A stretch of DNA of 53,475 nt from Pedosphaera sp. (GTDB taxonomy: Bacteria; Verrucomicrobiota; Verrucomicrobiia; Limisphaerales; F1-12-MAGs170), in contig SIBF01000004.1 of NCBI GenBank assembly GCA_009695275.1, positions 1 through 53,475 on the forward strand. Direction: 5' to 3'. Below are positions 20,117 through 28,885 of the stretch, piece after piece; position 1 is the stretch's first letter, and each line of letters opens with the position of its first letter. Below the pieces are notes generated by a model, which did not search any database, was not told the origin of the DNA, and worked only from the letters and a program-made list of their open reading frames with translations. A program made the translations under genes and the position numbers.

Positions 20117-23100
20117 TCATTCGCTCCTCAGAGCCTCAATCAACTTCCCACGCAAGGCCAGTGCTGCCGCAACCCACGTCCACACCGCCCCGCTCACAAG
20201 CACCCCGCCCAGCGTGAGCGCCAGCGACATCACTGGAAACTCGCCGCGTGGCGAGAGCAAAGCAGGCAACACCGCCACCAGAGCCGCCAGCACACCGACT
20301 CCCAGGCCCATCAAGAGCAGCGCTCCATGCTCGGTCACCACGAGCCGCTGGACAGCACGACGTCTGAAACCCACCGCCAGCAACACCGCCAGTTCGCTCC
20401 GGCGCTCCAGAACATTGCGCAGAACCACGACACCCAATCCCACGCTGCCCAGCAACAAGCCCAAACCACCCAACACTTGAAACGTGTTCAGATACGTGTT
20501 TTGCACCGCGTTCAGGGATGCCAACCTTGTTGTTGTGGCCGTCAACTCGAAGCCTACGTCCTGCATGGCGCGTGTCAGATTCGGCACAAACGTGTCCTTC
20601 GACGGAGCATCAATGAGGAACATTCGATAGCCGGTTTCGCTGGGGAAGCGTTCCTTGAATGAATCCTCGGAAATGAGCAGGCTGCCCTGGAGAATGGAAC
20701 TGGCCACCGCCCCGACGAGGCGCACTTTGAACTCACGCCCGCGCTCGTCGGTGTATTCAAGCGTGTCGCCGAGTTTCTTGCCCAGTGCCCATTGGATGGA
20801 AGCCGCGTCGCCAATCGCCGGAATGGCGCCGTCCTGATGTGACTCAGCCAGCAAACCCCAGGGATCTGCCCGCTCGAAACCCTTGGCAAAGCCAGCGAAG
20901 CTGAATGCATTCAATCGTTGCAGTTCCACCGGCTCCACTCCAAGGAGACGCGGCCTTTGCGCTCGGTTCAGATTCAAACAGCTCGCGTCATCTCCGTCGC
21001 GCACCCGCATCTGAACAAAGTTGACCCCGGCCAAATCTTTCTCATCCAGCCCAAACTCCTCCCGGCCCGACTTGGTGTTCAAGCTCACCACCACAGGCAG
21101 GCTCGATTCGCCGATGTAGCGAAATCCGCCCGTCCCGGAGGAACGTTTCGTCGCATCCTTGTCCGAATCCAGCCTGAACGCCCCGATCGATGTGATCAGA
21201 AAACTTCCGCAGGCCAGCAGCGCGATGACCGCCAGGCTTCGCTTCCGCCGTCGGGCAGCGTTGCGCAACGCAAGTTCACCCAGCGACGGCACCGCACCCG
21301 CGTGTCGGAGCAACCGGCGTAAGAATACTGATGAGAACGCCAGTCCGCCCATCAACAGCAGCGCCCCTACACCAAAGAACAAACCAGCGTGGGAAGTCCG
21401 GTTCGTGGCGAAGGCGAACGCGATTAGGCCCAGTGCTGCTGCGACGCTTAACAAGCCAGCCCAGCCAATCCTCCCAATCGCTGCGAAGGACCATCGGGCT
21501 CCAGCCTTTTCTCGAGCCGTGTGGATTGGTAAATCAACCTTCTGCTCTCGATCTGTTGTGTCCGATTTGCCATCTCCATCCTGGACCTCACCACCCGCCA
21601 GCAGCACTCGCGCCGGCTGGCGCGCCTGCCTCCGCAGCGCGAACCAGATGACCAACGCCGCCACAGCCGTGCCCGCCACCGCACCGATCACCAGTGTCAT
21701 CGGCTCCGCATGATAGCGCAAAGGCGAGGTGCCCACCGCGCTCCGCCAGATCGTCGAGAGGCCCCACAACATTCCCTTTGCGTAGGCGATTCCGCCTGCC
21801 ACGCCCATTACCGCGCCCAACGCCGAAAGCACCACGCCCTCGGCCAGCAGCAGCCGCCGCACTTGTTTGGGCTGAAACCCAAGCGCCAGGAGCGTCCCGA
21901 TTTCCGGCGCGCGTTGCTCGACGCCGAACTGAAAGAGCATTGCCATCAGGATCAACGCCGCACCGATCAGGAAAAAACTGAACCCGAGAAACAGTTGCCC
22001 GAAGTCCTGCCCTTGATTCGCCGCCGCCAACGCTCGCTCGCGCACTGGCTCCAATTTCAATCCTACATCCTCTGGGTTCAGATTCGCGCGAGTGTTCGAC
22101 TCGATGGATGCGCGTAAAACTTCCGGAGACGTGTTCGTCGGCACCAGCCAACGGATCGCCGTCAAGTTCCCGAAGCGGTTTGACCACATCTTCTGCCCCG
22201 CAGCCAGCGTGATGAAGGCCTTGGGTGTACCGCGATGATTTTTCCAATAGGCTTCGTCCTGATCGCGAATCTTGTGAGTGAGCTTGAAGCCCGCATCCCA
22301 ATCATGCGTGCTCTCCGCCTTCGCGATGCCCGGGAACTCCGGCATCAAGGTTCGGTCCGCGTGCAAGCCTTTCAGCGGCACCACGCCACGGACGCGAAAC
22401 GAATTCGTCCGCTCGATCAACTGGCTGCCCGAGTCCGCGAGGTAATAACTCAACTCGACCCGATCTCCTGCCCGCACTTTCAAATCTTCGGCTAACCACT
22501 CGTTAACCAGAATCTCGTCGTCCGCCATGTCCACCGGCACCCACGGCGCACCCGTGGCCGTGATCATCGAGTAAGGTGCTGCCCGCTCGCCTACACGGAT
22601 GAGGTTCACAAGGTAGGTGAGGACGCCGATGCCGTTGGTTGTAGCTCCCGGAGTCGAAGGCGCGCTGGCTCCTGATGCCAGAAGCGCGGGTGACCCGCCT
22701 TGCGGAATGGGAGCGGACCCTTGCTGTGACCCTGGGGTGGCGATGATTGAGGACGCCACTCCCGTTCCGTCCGGCAGGTTTCCCGCGCCACCCTTGCTGT
22801 AACCAAGCGCGGCAGCAATGACGGGTGGCTCGAGGAAAATGCGGCGAGTGTTGAGCTCGACCATTGTCAGGTTCGTTTCGGCATTAATCCCTGAAATGCT
22901 GGATTGAGTCATCCGTACGGTTAGCTCGGCATCAGAAAGCTTCCAAGCTTCCGCCAATCGCGGCTCAATCGCATCGACGGTTTCCCTGGATGTGACGGGA
23001 ACGCTGTATGGGATTTGAGGAGCTGCTCTCGGACTGATCCAGCGTCTTTGGGAGATCACCTCTCGCATCGTTTTCCACCAGTGTTGTGCCGGAGAGGGCT

Positions 23101-23848
23101 CATGCAAGCGGTAGGCCGAGAAAGGGAGAAACAAGTTAGCACGTCCATCCACACCAGCCGCTTTGGCCAGTTCATCCAAATTCATGAAAGCATTGAACGA
23201 TGCAACGTGGCTGTTTCTCAGGCCGAAATTCTCAAGAAATTGCCGGCCCGGTGGCTGAACCATTCTTCCTACGGTCATTCGCAATGCCACGGAAGAATCA
23301 TTGCGAGAACTGATCACAGCATCCCTCGAAAGCGCTGCTGGTTTGGATATGCGGATGATGATGGAGTCTCCCGCACGTACATCCAAGTGGCGCGTGAGGG
23401 TGCCATTCAGCCAGACGGTTCCTGGGAGGAGTAGATTCCCCGTTGGAAAGAAAGTACAGTTTGTGATGCCGTAGAGATGAACGCGATTGGCCCGTGCCGC
23501 CGCGTCCTGTCGCACAGCCGTCGCAGGCAAGTCCAGCAGCACAGCACCAGACATCGGAACCCCCCACGCCAGATCATCGGACATGTTCCGCTTTGGCAAA
23601 GCCGCTACAACGCTATTTTCCAAACGAGCGGGCAAGTCCTGTTCAAAAAAGCGATCACCGGAATCGATTATCGCATCTGCGCTCCCCAGCCTTTCCAACG
23701 CCTGCTCACGCAAGCTGCCGCGCACCGAGTCGCCCACCACGAGCGCGCCCACAAGCACCGCGCTGCCCACCGCCGCGCCAAGCAACGCGCCGAGGTGCGA
23801 CCGTGCATGGAACCGCAAACTCCGCAGGATGAGCGTCCGGGTAGTCAT
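20117..23848 (-). CDS. ABC transporter permease, double FtsX/MacB-like domain (1243 aa)
   Basis: N-terminus MTTRTLILRSLRFHARSHLGALLGAAVGSAVLVG. Two FtsX 4-TM modules (LLALGFQPKQVRRLLLAEG and LLAVGFRRRAVQRLVVTEHG) separated by large periplasmic regions. ATGA overlap with the ATPase stop. Confidence 0.85.
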   Translation of the reverse strand: MTTRTLILRSLRFHARSHLGALLGAAVGSAVLVGALVVGDSVRGSLREQALERLGSADAIIDSGDRFFEQDLPARLENSVVAALPKRNMSDDLAWGVPMSGAVLLDLPATAVRQDAAARANRVHLYGITNCTFFPTGNLLLPGTVWLNGTLTRHLDVRAGDSIIIRISKPAALSRDAVISSRNDSSVALRMTVGRMVQPPGRQFLENFGLRNSHVASFNAFMNLDELAKAAGVDGRANLFLPFSAYRLHEPSPAQHWWKTMREVISQRRWISPRAAPQIPYSVPVTSRETVDAIEPRLAEAWKLSDAELTVRMTQSSISGINAETNLTMVELNTRRIFLEPPVIAAALGYSKGGAGNLPDGTGVASSIIATPGSQQGSAPIPQGGSPALLASGASAPSTPGATTNGIGVLTYLVNLIRVGERAAPYSMITATGAPWVPVDMADDEILVNEWLAEDLKVRAGDRVELSYYLADSGSQLIERTNSFRVRGVVPLKGLHADRTLMPEFPGIAKAESTHDWDAGFKLTHKIRDQDEAYWKNHRGTPKAFITLAAGQKMWSNRFGNLTAIRWLVPTNTSPEVLRASIESNTRANLNPEDVGLKLEPVRERALAAANQGQDFGQLFLGFSFFLIGAALILMAMLFQFGVEQRAPEIGTLLALGFQPKQVRRLLLAEGVVLSALGAVMGVAGGIAYAKGMLWGLSTIWRSAVGTSPLRYHAEPMTLVIGAVAGTAVAALVIWFALRRQARQPARVLLAGGEVQDGDGKSDTTDREQKVDLPIHTAREKAGARWSFAAIGRIGWAGLLSVAAALGLIAFAFATNRTSHAGLFFGVGALLLMGGLAFSSVFLRRLLRHAGAVPSLGELALRNAARRRKRSLAVIALLACGSFLITSIGAFRLDSDKDATKRSSGTGGFRYIGESSLPVVVSLNTKSGREEFGLDEKDLAGVNFVQMRVRDGDDASCLNLNRAQRPRLLGVEPVELQRLNAFSFAGFAKGFERADPWGLLAESHQDGAIPAIGDAASIQWALGKKLGDTLEYTDERGREFKVRLVGAVASSILQGSLLISEDSFKERFPSETGYRMFLIDAPSKDTFVPNLTRAMQDVGFELTATTTRLASLNAVQNTYLNTFQVLGGLGLLLGSVGLGVVVLRNVLERRSELAVLLAVGFRRRAVQRLVVTEHGALLLMGLGVGVLAALVAVLPALLSPRGEFPVMSLALTLGGVLVSGAVWTWVAAALALRGKLIEALRSE

Positions 23849-24537
23849 TCAAGCTTTCCATCCCGCAGTTCAAAGACTCGTTTCATCCGGCGCGCAAGAT
23901 CGGGCGCATGCGTCACCACGATCAATGTCACCCCTTCCTCGCGATTCAGCTCCACCAGCAGGTCGCTGAGTTTCTCCGCGGAAGCGCGATCCAGGGCACC
24001 GGTCGGTTCGTCAGCCAGCAAGAGTTTGGGCTGGTTGATCAGCGCGCGAACCACGGCCACACGCTGGCGTTCACCGCCGGACAGTTGACCTGGCCGATGC
24101 GTCAACCGCTCGCCAAGGCCGACCCGGGCGAGCAGCCGTCGCGCGCGCGCTTCGGCACCACTGCGGAGACTTGCTTCTTTCGTGGCCAGCACGGGCACAA
24201 GGACGTTCTCCAGCACGGTGCATTGCGGCAGGAGGTGATGCCCCTGGAAGATGAAACCGATGCGCCGATTGCGGACGGCGGCGAGCTGATTTTCGTCGAG
24301 CCGGCTCAAGTCCTCATTGTCCAGAAGTACTTGACCGGAGCTGGGTCGATCCAGCGTGCCGATGATGTTGAGCAAAGTGCTCTTGCCCGATCCCGATGGT
24401 CCAACGATGGACGCTGATTCGCCGCTTTGCAGATCAAGGCTGATCTCTTGAAGCACCGCCAGTTCGCCACCTCCGTCCGTCGAAGAATACCGCTTGCTGA
24501 CCTTGGTCAATCTGAGAACGGGAGGCGCGTCTGGCAT
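23845..24537 (-). CDS. ABC transporter ATP-binding protein (LolD/MacB-type)
   Basis: Walker A GPSGSGKSTLLN, signature LSGGERQRVAVVRAL, Walker B LLLADEPTGALD. Confidence 0.92.
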   Translation of the reverse strand: MPDAPPVLRLTKVSKRYSSTDGGGELAVLQEISLDLQSGESASIVGPSGSGKSTLLNIIGTLDRPSSGQVLLDNEDLSRLDENQLAAVRNRRIGFIFQGHHLLPQCTVLENVLVPVLATKEASLRSGAEARARRLLARVGLGERLTHRPGQLSGGERQRVAVVRALINQPKLLLADEPTGALDRASAEKLSDLLVELNREEGVTLIVVTHAPDLARRMKRVFELRDGKLE

Positions 24538-24669
24538 GGACGTAAGTTAGGCGTGGATGCCACAGTGACAAATATAAATTCATTATTCATCGATTTCATG
24601 TAACACGGTTCTTTTGACTTCAATTCCTCCGGCTCTTAACCTTTCTCAAACGAAGAGCCGAAGCTCCTG

Positions 24670-25101
24670 ATGACAACCATGACAACAGAAAAACAGCCCA
24701 GTTCTGCAATCCTACTTCCAAAGCATCTCCAAATGCTCCTGCTTGGTGCCTCGCTGCTGGCCGCCACCGGTTGCGCGGCAGTGCTGGTCGGCGGTGTTGC
24801 TGCGGGTGCCGGTGCCGTAGCCTATGTGCGCGGTGAATTGAAATCGGTCGAAGCCGCCCCTCTGGAAAAGACATGGACCGCGACCCTCGCCGCCGTGAAG
24901 CAGCTTGAATTCGCAATCACGGATCGGTCGAAGGATGGACTCTCTGCCAAACTCAGCGCACGCGGCTCGGGCGATCGCCGCATTCAGGTGGAACTTGCAA
25001 AATCAGGGGAGAAAATGACGGAAGTTCGCATTCGTGTGGGTGTCTTTGGGAACGAGACCTTGTCCCGCCAGATTCTCGAGAAGATCAAGTCGCGGCTTTG
25101 A
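24670..25101 (+). CDS. Small lipoprotein (DUF3568-like)
   Basis: Lipobox LLAATGC. Gly/Ala-rich anchor followed by a ~90-aa domain resembling DUF3568. Confidence 0.5.
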   Translation: MTTMTTEKQPSSAILLPKHLQMLLLGASLLAATGCAAVLVGGVAAGAGAVAYVRGELKSVEAAPLEKTWTATLAAVKQLEFAITDRSKDGLSAKLSARGSGDRRIQVELAKSGEKMTEVRIRVGVFGNETLSRQILEKIKSRL

Positions 25102-25121
25102 GCCGCGTTCAATCTCATCTG

Positions 25122-26048
25122 TCATCTGGTGAGCCACGAACGAATGCTGCGTGTGACCAGATCCGCCGCATCCTGCTGAACAAAGTGCCCCGCATCGGGA
25201 ATCGTCACCAGCGTCAGATCGCGCTCCACGAACTCCCAGTTTCCGTTCAAGGCCGGGTGCAAGAGTGCCGTGTCCTTCAAACCATGAATCATGAGCACCG
25301 GGGACTTCACTTTCACAACTGGCGATGTGTCCTCCTTGTAGGGCTCGCGAGGATAATTCCGTTTGTAATAGTTCAGCATGGACTCGAAGTCCGAACGTTC
25401 AAAAGCCTCCACATAACGTGGGCGCGCTTCCAAGTCAGTCACCCAGAAAGTCAGCCCTTGCGCGGTCAGGTTGGTGTGGGCGCCGGGCTGTTGAAAGGTT
25501 CGCGCATACGCGCTGTTCTTCCGTTGCTCAGGATTGTTTGCCAGTTCACGCAGGATCCCACGAAAATGAGGAAGATTGAGGATGATCAACTTCTCCGTCA
25601 GCTCGGGATGCGCCATCGCAAAATTCCATGCCACCGCGCCACCCCAGTCGTGTCCGACGACAATCGCCGTCTTGCGTCCGCACGCGCCCACGACCGCAGC
25701 CACATCCTGCACCAACAGGCTCATGTCATAATTCTCCACGCCTTTGGGACGGTCACTGAGGTTGTAGCCACGCTGGTCGAGCGCCACGACTTGATGATCC
25801 TTCGACAGCTCCCGCATCTGGTGCCGCCACGTCAGCCAGTAATCTGGAAAACCGTGGATCATGATCATCAAAGGACCGGAGCCGAGACTCACGTAGTGAA
25901 TGCGCACGCCATTGTTCGTCGCGTAGGCGTGGGTGACGAGGCGTTCGATGTCGAGCACACCAGTCTCAGCTGCGTGCAGTGCGCGGAAGTCTGCGAGGAC
26001 GAGCCCGAACAGGATCGGGAGAAGCCGTGGGATAAATCGATGTGACAT
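25122..26048 (-). CDS. Alpha/beta hydrolase (epoxide hydrolase / haloalkane dehalogenase-like)
   Basis: Start ATG 26048 ([18 protein letters not shown] signal). [23 protein letters not shown] and [10 protein letters not shown]. The longer track ORF (to 26657) runs antisense through folA and is rejected. Confidence 0.85.
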   Translation of the reverse strand: MSHRFIPRLLPILFGLVLADFRALHAAETGVLDIERLVTHAYATNNGVRIHYVSLGSGPLMIMIHGFPDYWLTWRHQMRELSKDHQVVALDQRGYNLSDRPKGVENYDMSLLVQDVAAVVGACGRKTAIVVGHDWGGAVAWNFAMAHPELTEKLIILNLPHFRGILRELANNPEQRKNSAYARTFQQPGAHTNLTAQGLTFWVTDLEARPRYVEAFERSDFESMLNYYKRNYPREPYKEDTSPVVKVKSPVLMIHGLKDTALLHPALNGNWEFVERDLTLVTIPDAGHFVQQDAADLVTRSIRSWLTR

Positions 26049-26116
26049 GTTGACGAAGAGTAGTGGAGTTTGGAGCGCTGAAAAGAAACTTTCGCCCACT
26101 GAGGCCAGCTTGCTGC

Positions 26117-26725
26117 CTATCTGGTGATCGCATTCGTGTTTAGAGATCGATGGCGATAATGAATGATCTGAAATTCCGGGCGGTCGTCGATCACATCCAC
26201 TTTCGTGAACATGTCTTCGAAAGGAGGGAAGAACGCGTCCCCTTCGACGGTGCGTTTGACCACGGTGAGGTACAGGTCTGAGCACTTGGGAAGTGCCTGG
26301 GCATAAATCTGAGCGCCGCCGCAAATGAAAATGTCGTTGGGGAATTCCGCCGGATCGAGCTTGTCTAAAGAATTGAAAATCAGGATGTCCGTGGCACTGC
26401 CCCGAGCCAACGGCGTGAATCTCAGCTGGTACTCCCTCTTGATCTGCTTCCCAATTTCTTTGCCACCACGCCATTCCTTGTATTGGCCGAAGATTTCCGG
26501 ATGGCTTCTGATCAATTGCTGCGGATGACGGGTCAGGATCAGGTTCGTCCGGTTCGGGAGTGGTTTGCCCAGACTTTCGAAGGTCTTTCTTCCCATCACA
26601 ACAATGTTCCCAAGGGTCGTCTTCTTGAACCACTTGAAGTCTTCGGGCAGATGCCACGGAATCTGGTTGCCGACGCCGATCACTCGGTTCAACGACATGG
26701 CGGCGATGGCTTTGAAATGTTTCAC
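26117..26725 (-). CDS. folA: Dihydrofolate reductase
   Basis: [60 protein letters not shown] and [12 protein letters not shown]. The DHFR core needs a start upstream of ATG 26698, so GTG 26725 is proposed. There is an extra ~35-aa loop after LILTRHP. Confidence 0.85.
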   Translation of the reverse strand: MKHFKAIAAMSLNRVIGVGNQIPWHLPEDFKWFKKTTLGNIVVMGRKTFESLGKPLPNRTNLILTRHPQQLIRSHPEIFGQYKEWRGGKEIGKQIKREYQLRFTPLARGSATDILIFNSLDKLDPAEFPNDIFICGGAQIYAQALPKCSDLYLTVVKRTVEGDAFFPPFEDMFTKVDVIDDRPEFQIIHYRHRSLNTNAITR

Positions 26726-26759
26726 AGCGAAGCGGCTTGAATAGTTCTCGGAGCGCTGA

Positions 26760-27122
26760 TCAAGCGAGCAGTCGCACGAAAGGCGCGTACTCGTCGGGCA
26801 CACGGATCTTCCTGCCCAGGGCAAATTGAGACAATACTGTGGTCATCCATTCCCGCGACGCCGACGCGTCGCGGATGACCAAGCAAGTGCCCGAGTCGTC
26901 CGTCGTCAGTTCATACTTGTTAATCGATATCTGGATGGGCGTGGCTTCGCCCTTGAGCAGAATTTCGCAGTGGATGGAATTATTCTTCGAATCGATGCGC
27001 AGGTTCAGCATACGTCCGTAATTGTTGATGAGTTTCTGGGCGGCGCGCTCGACAAGCATCGAGCCGGCGGCATCCCGTGTCCGGCCCAACCAGCCTCCAA
27101 CCTTCTCAAGAGCGCCCTTCAT
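26760..27122 (-). CDS. Hypothetical protein
   Basis: 120-aa ORF with coding-like composition. No recognisable motif. Confidence 0.4.
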   Translation of the reverse strand: MKGALEKVGGWLGRTRDAAGSMLVERAAQKLINNYGRMLNLRIDSKNNSIHCEILLKGEATPIQISINKYELTTDDSGTCLVIRDASASREWMTTVLSQFALGRKIRVPDEYAPFVRLLA

Positions 27123-27140
27123 CCTAAATCCGGCAGTTCA

Positions 27141-27266
27141 AACCGCGAAACACGCGAATTACGCGAAAGGAAAAGGAGTTGAATCGAAGAGCGTGTTCTC
27201 CCGTGGGTGAATCCGTCTTTTTCTCCAATCCGTTCTGTTTTCGCGTGGTTCGCGTATTTCGCGGTT
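27141..27266. repeat. Imperfect inverted repeat; each arm has three helically phased CGCGAA motifs
   Basis: Left arm aaccgcgaaacacgcgaattacgcgaaa (27141..27168). Right arm tttcgcgtggttcgcgtatttcgcggtt (27239..27266). 25/28 complementary positions, ~70-nt spacer. Confidence 0.7.
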
Positions 27267-27343
27267 CCAACTGTTTTTTCAAGTTCATCGGAAGTGTTCA
27301 TCGGCCATTCAGTCGAGCAGGCCTCAAGGATCAAGGGAACAAG

Positions 27344-27826
27344 TTACAACGGTTTGGTGCGGGACAAGTCGTCCTTTACTGCCACGAAGTTGCCATCCTC
27401 GCAATGCTTGACAAAACCTTCCGTCACGGATTTCAAATCCTCCCAACGCGCGCGGATGGTCTTGGATTCCTCCTTTGAAATCGAGTTGTCGAACGCCGCT
27501 GTCGCGATCACGGCCAGCAAGTCGGCGAACTCCTGCACAATCTGGTTCGTAGCGGGGATGACCAGGTGTGGATGCGGCCAGTGCGCCTTGGGATTCTTGA
27601 TGAAGAATCCGCCCGCCCGCTCGGATACCCACTGCGCCAGCCGGGTGTCGCCTGTCAGGCGGATGAGAGCGTCGATGCGATCGAGGGGATTCGTGGAGCC
27701 GCTGCCGTTTTCTTCCGGCGGTTCAGCCCACTTGTAAATCATCGAGAGAGACAACCCGAGTTCGGCGGCGATCTGCTTGGGACTGGACTCATGGAAGACT
27801 TCGCGCAACAGCTCGTGGGATTGCAT
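27344..27826 (-). CDS. Hypothetical HTH DNA-binding protein (phage CII-like regulator resemblance)
   Basis: N-terminal SPKQIAAELGLSLSMIYKWAEP looks like a helix-turn-helix. The rest is unassigned. Confidence 0.45.
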   Translation of the reverse strand: MQSHELLREVFHESSPKQIAAELGLSLSMIYKWAEPPEENGSGSTNPLDRIDALIRLTGDTRLAQWVSERAGGFFIKNPKAHWPHPHLVIPATNQIVQEFADLLAVIATAAFDNSISKEESKTIRARWEDLKSVTEGFVKHCEDGNFVAVKDDLSRTKPL

Positions 27827-28220
27827 GGCGGAAGGTTAGGAAGCAGCGCGCACGTGGCAAGCTTCAGTTTGCGACAACGGATCGGTTCTGACCAATTCCT
27901 CAACACCCGGTGCTTCGTCTCGTGGAAAGACGGCCTCCGCGTGCCGAGTCCTTCAAAGTTCCCGCTGAAGCTGCTTATGCAAGGTCATCCCTACAAACTG
28001 CGGAGGAACTTGTAGCAGACACTCAGCTCAAAATCGGTTTCCTTGCCAACGGTCAGAGACAGAATGAACACGACCACCCAACAAAGGCATGACTTCACGG
28101 AAGGCGTCCTCACTTCCAGCGCCGATCTGGCGGGGCTATCCCTTTCCTCCTTGCTGAAAGCGCCGTCGGAGAATCTACTGTGACCAACACTCAAACCAGC
28201 ACTCAAGAAAGCGAGGGCTT

Positions 28221-28790
28221 ATGGACCTGTTTCTAGTTTATCTCATTTGTTTCGGCGTCGGGCTGTTGTTCACCCTCGCCAGTGCGCTCATGTCGCACGA
28301 CTTCGGCCACGACGTCACAGGCCACGACACTGGCGGCGGAGCGGACGGCCATGCCGAGGCGGGCTTCGGTTCGCATGATATGCCAGGCTTCGCCGCGCTC
28401 AGCCCCACAACCATCGCATCCTTCGTTACGGCGTTCGGTGGGTTCGGGATGATTCTTTCCAAGATCGAGGCGACGCAATCGCCGTGGTTGAGCGCACCCA
28501 TCGCGTCGCTCGGCGGCTTCGCCATCGCGGCGTCCGTGCTTTGGCTGTTCCGCGCAGTGTTCCGCAAGACGCAAGGCTCCAGCGAATCACGCGTGGCCAC
28601 GCTGGTCGGAATGAGCGCCAGCGTGATCACTCCGATCACAGCGGAAGGCGTCGGCGAAATTGCTTACGTGCAAAGCGGCACGCGCTACAGCGCCCCGGCG
28701 CGCGCCGAGAACTCCGTGGCCATCGCCAGCGGTGCCACGGTAAAGATCACGCGCATCGTGGGAACGCAGTTTTATGTCAGCAATCAATAG
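28221..28790 (+). CDS. NfeD-like membrane protein
   Basis: TM N-terminal half plus a C-terminal OB-like segment (GVGEIAYVQSGTRYSAPARA...GATVKITRIVGTQFYV). Sits immediately upstream of flotillin, the classic NfeD-SPFH pairing. Confidence 0.7.
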   Translation: MDLFLVYLICFGVGLLFTLASALMSHDFGHDVTGHDTGGGADGHAEAGFGSHDMPGFAALSPTTIASFVTAFGGFGMILSKIEATQSPWLSAPIASLGGFAIAASVLWLFRAVFRKTQGSSESRVATLVGMSASVITPITAEGVGEIAYVQSGTRYSAPARAENSVAIASGATVKITRIVGTQFYVSNQ

Positions 28791-28805
28791 TCCGATCCCA
28801 GCACT

Positions 28806-28840
28806 GATTACGGATTACGAATTACGGATTACTCGTTACT
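28806..28840. repeat. Tandem heptamer array (GATTACG x5, last two degenerate)
   Basis: gattacg gattacg aattacg gattact cgttact, lying between the NfeD stop and the flotillin start. Confidence 0.8.
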
Positions 28841-28885
28841 AACCACCGACGACTGGCAAACTCTCACATCAACTCCACAACACCC

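Noticed and set aside
25122-26657. 511-aa version of the alpha/beta hydrolase ORF
   Set aside because: The N-terminal 203 codons run antisense through folA and are Arg/Pro/Gly-rich nonsense. ATG 26048 gives a proper signal peptide and the full hydrolase fold.
26117-26725. DHFR with an extra ~35-aa loop as a notable anomaly
   Set aside because: Loop-length variation in DHFR is common and the catalytic N-terminal motifs are intact. It is not distinctive enough to report as a finding.
28064-28183. 39-codon ORF (MNTTTQQRHDFTEGVLTSSADLAGLSLSSLLKAPSENLL) upstream of the NfeD gene
   Set aside because: It is too short, with no motif and no supporting evidence. It may be chance.
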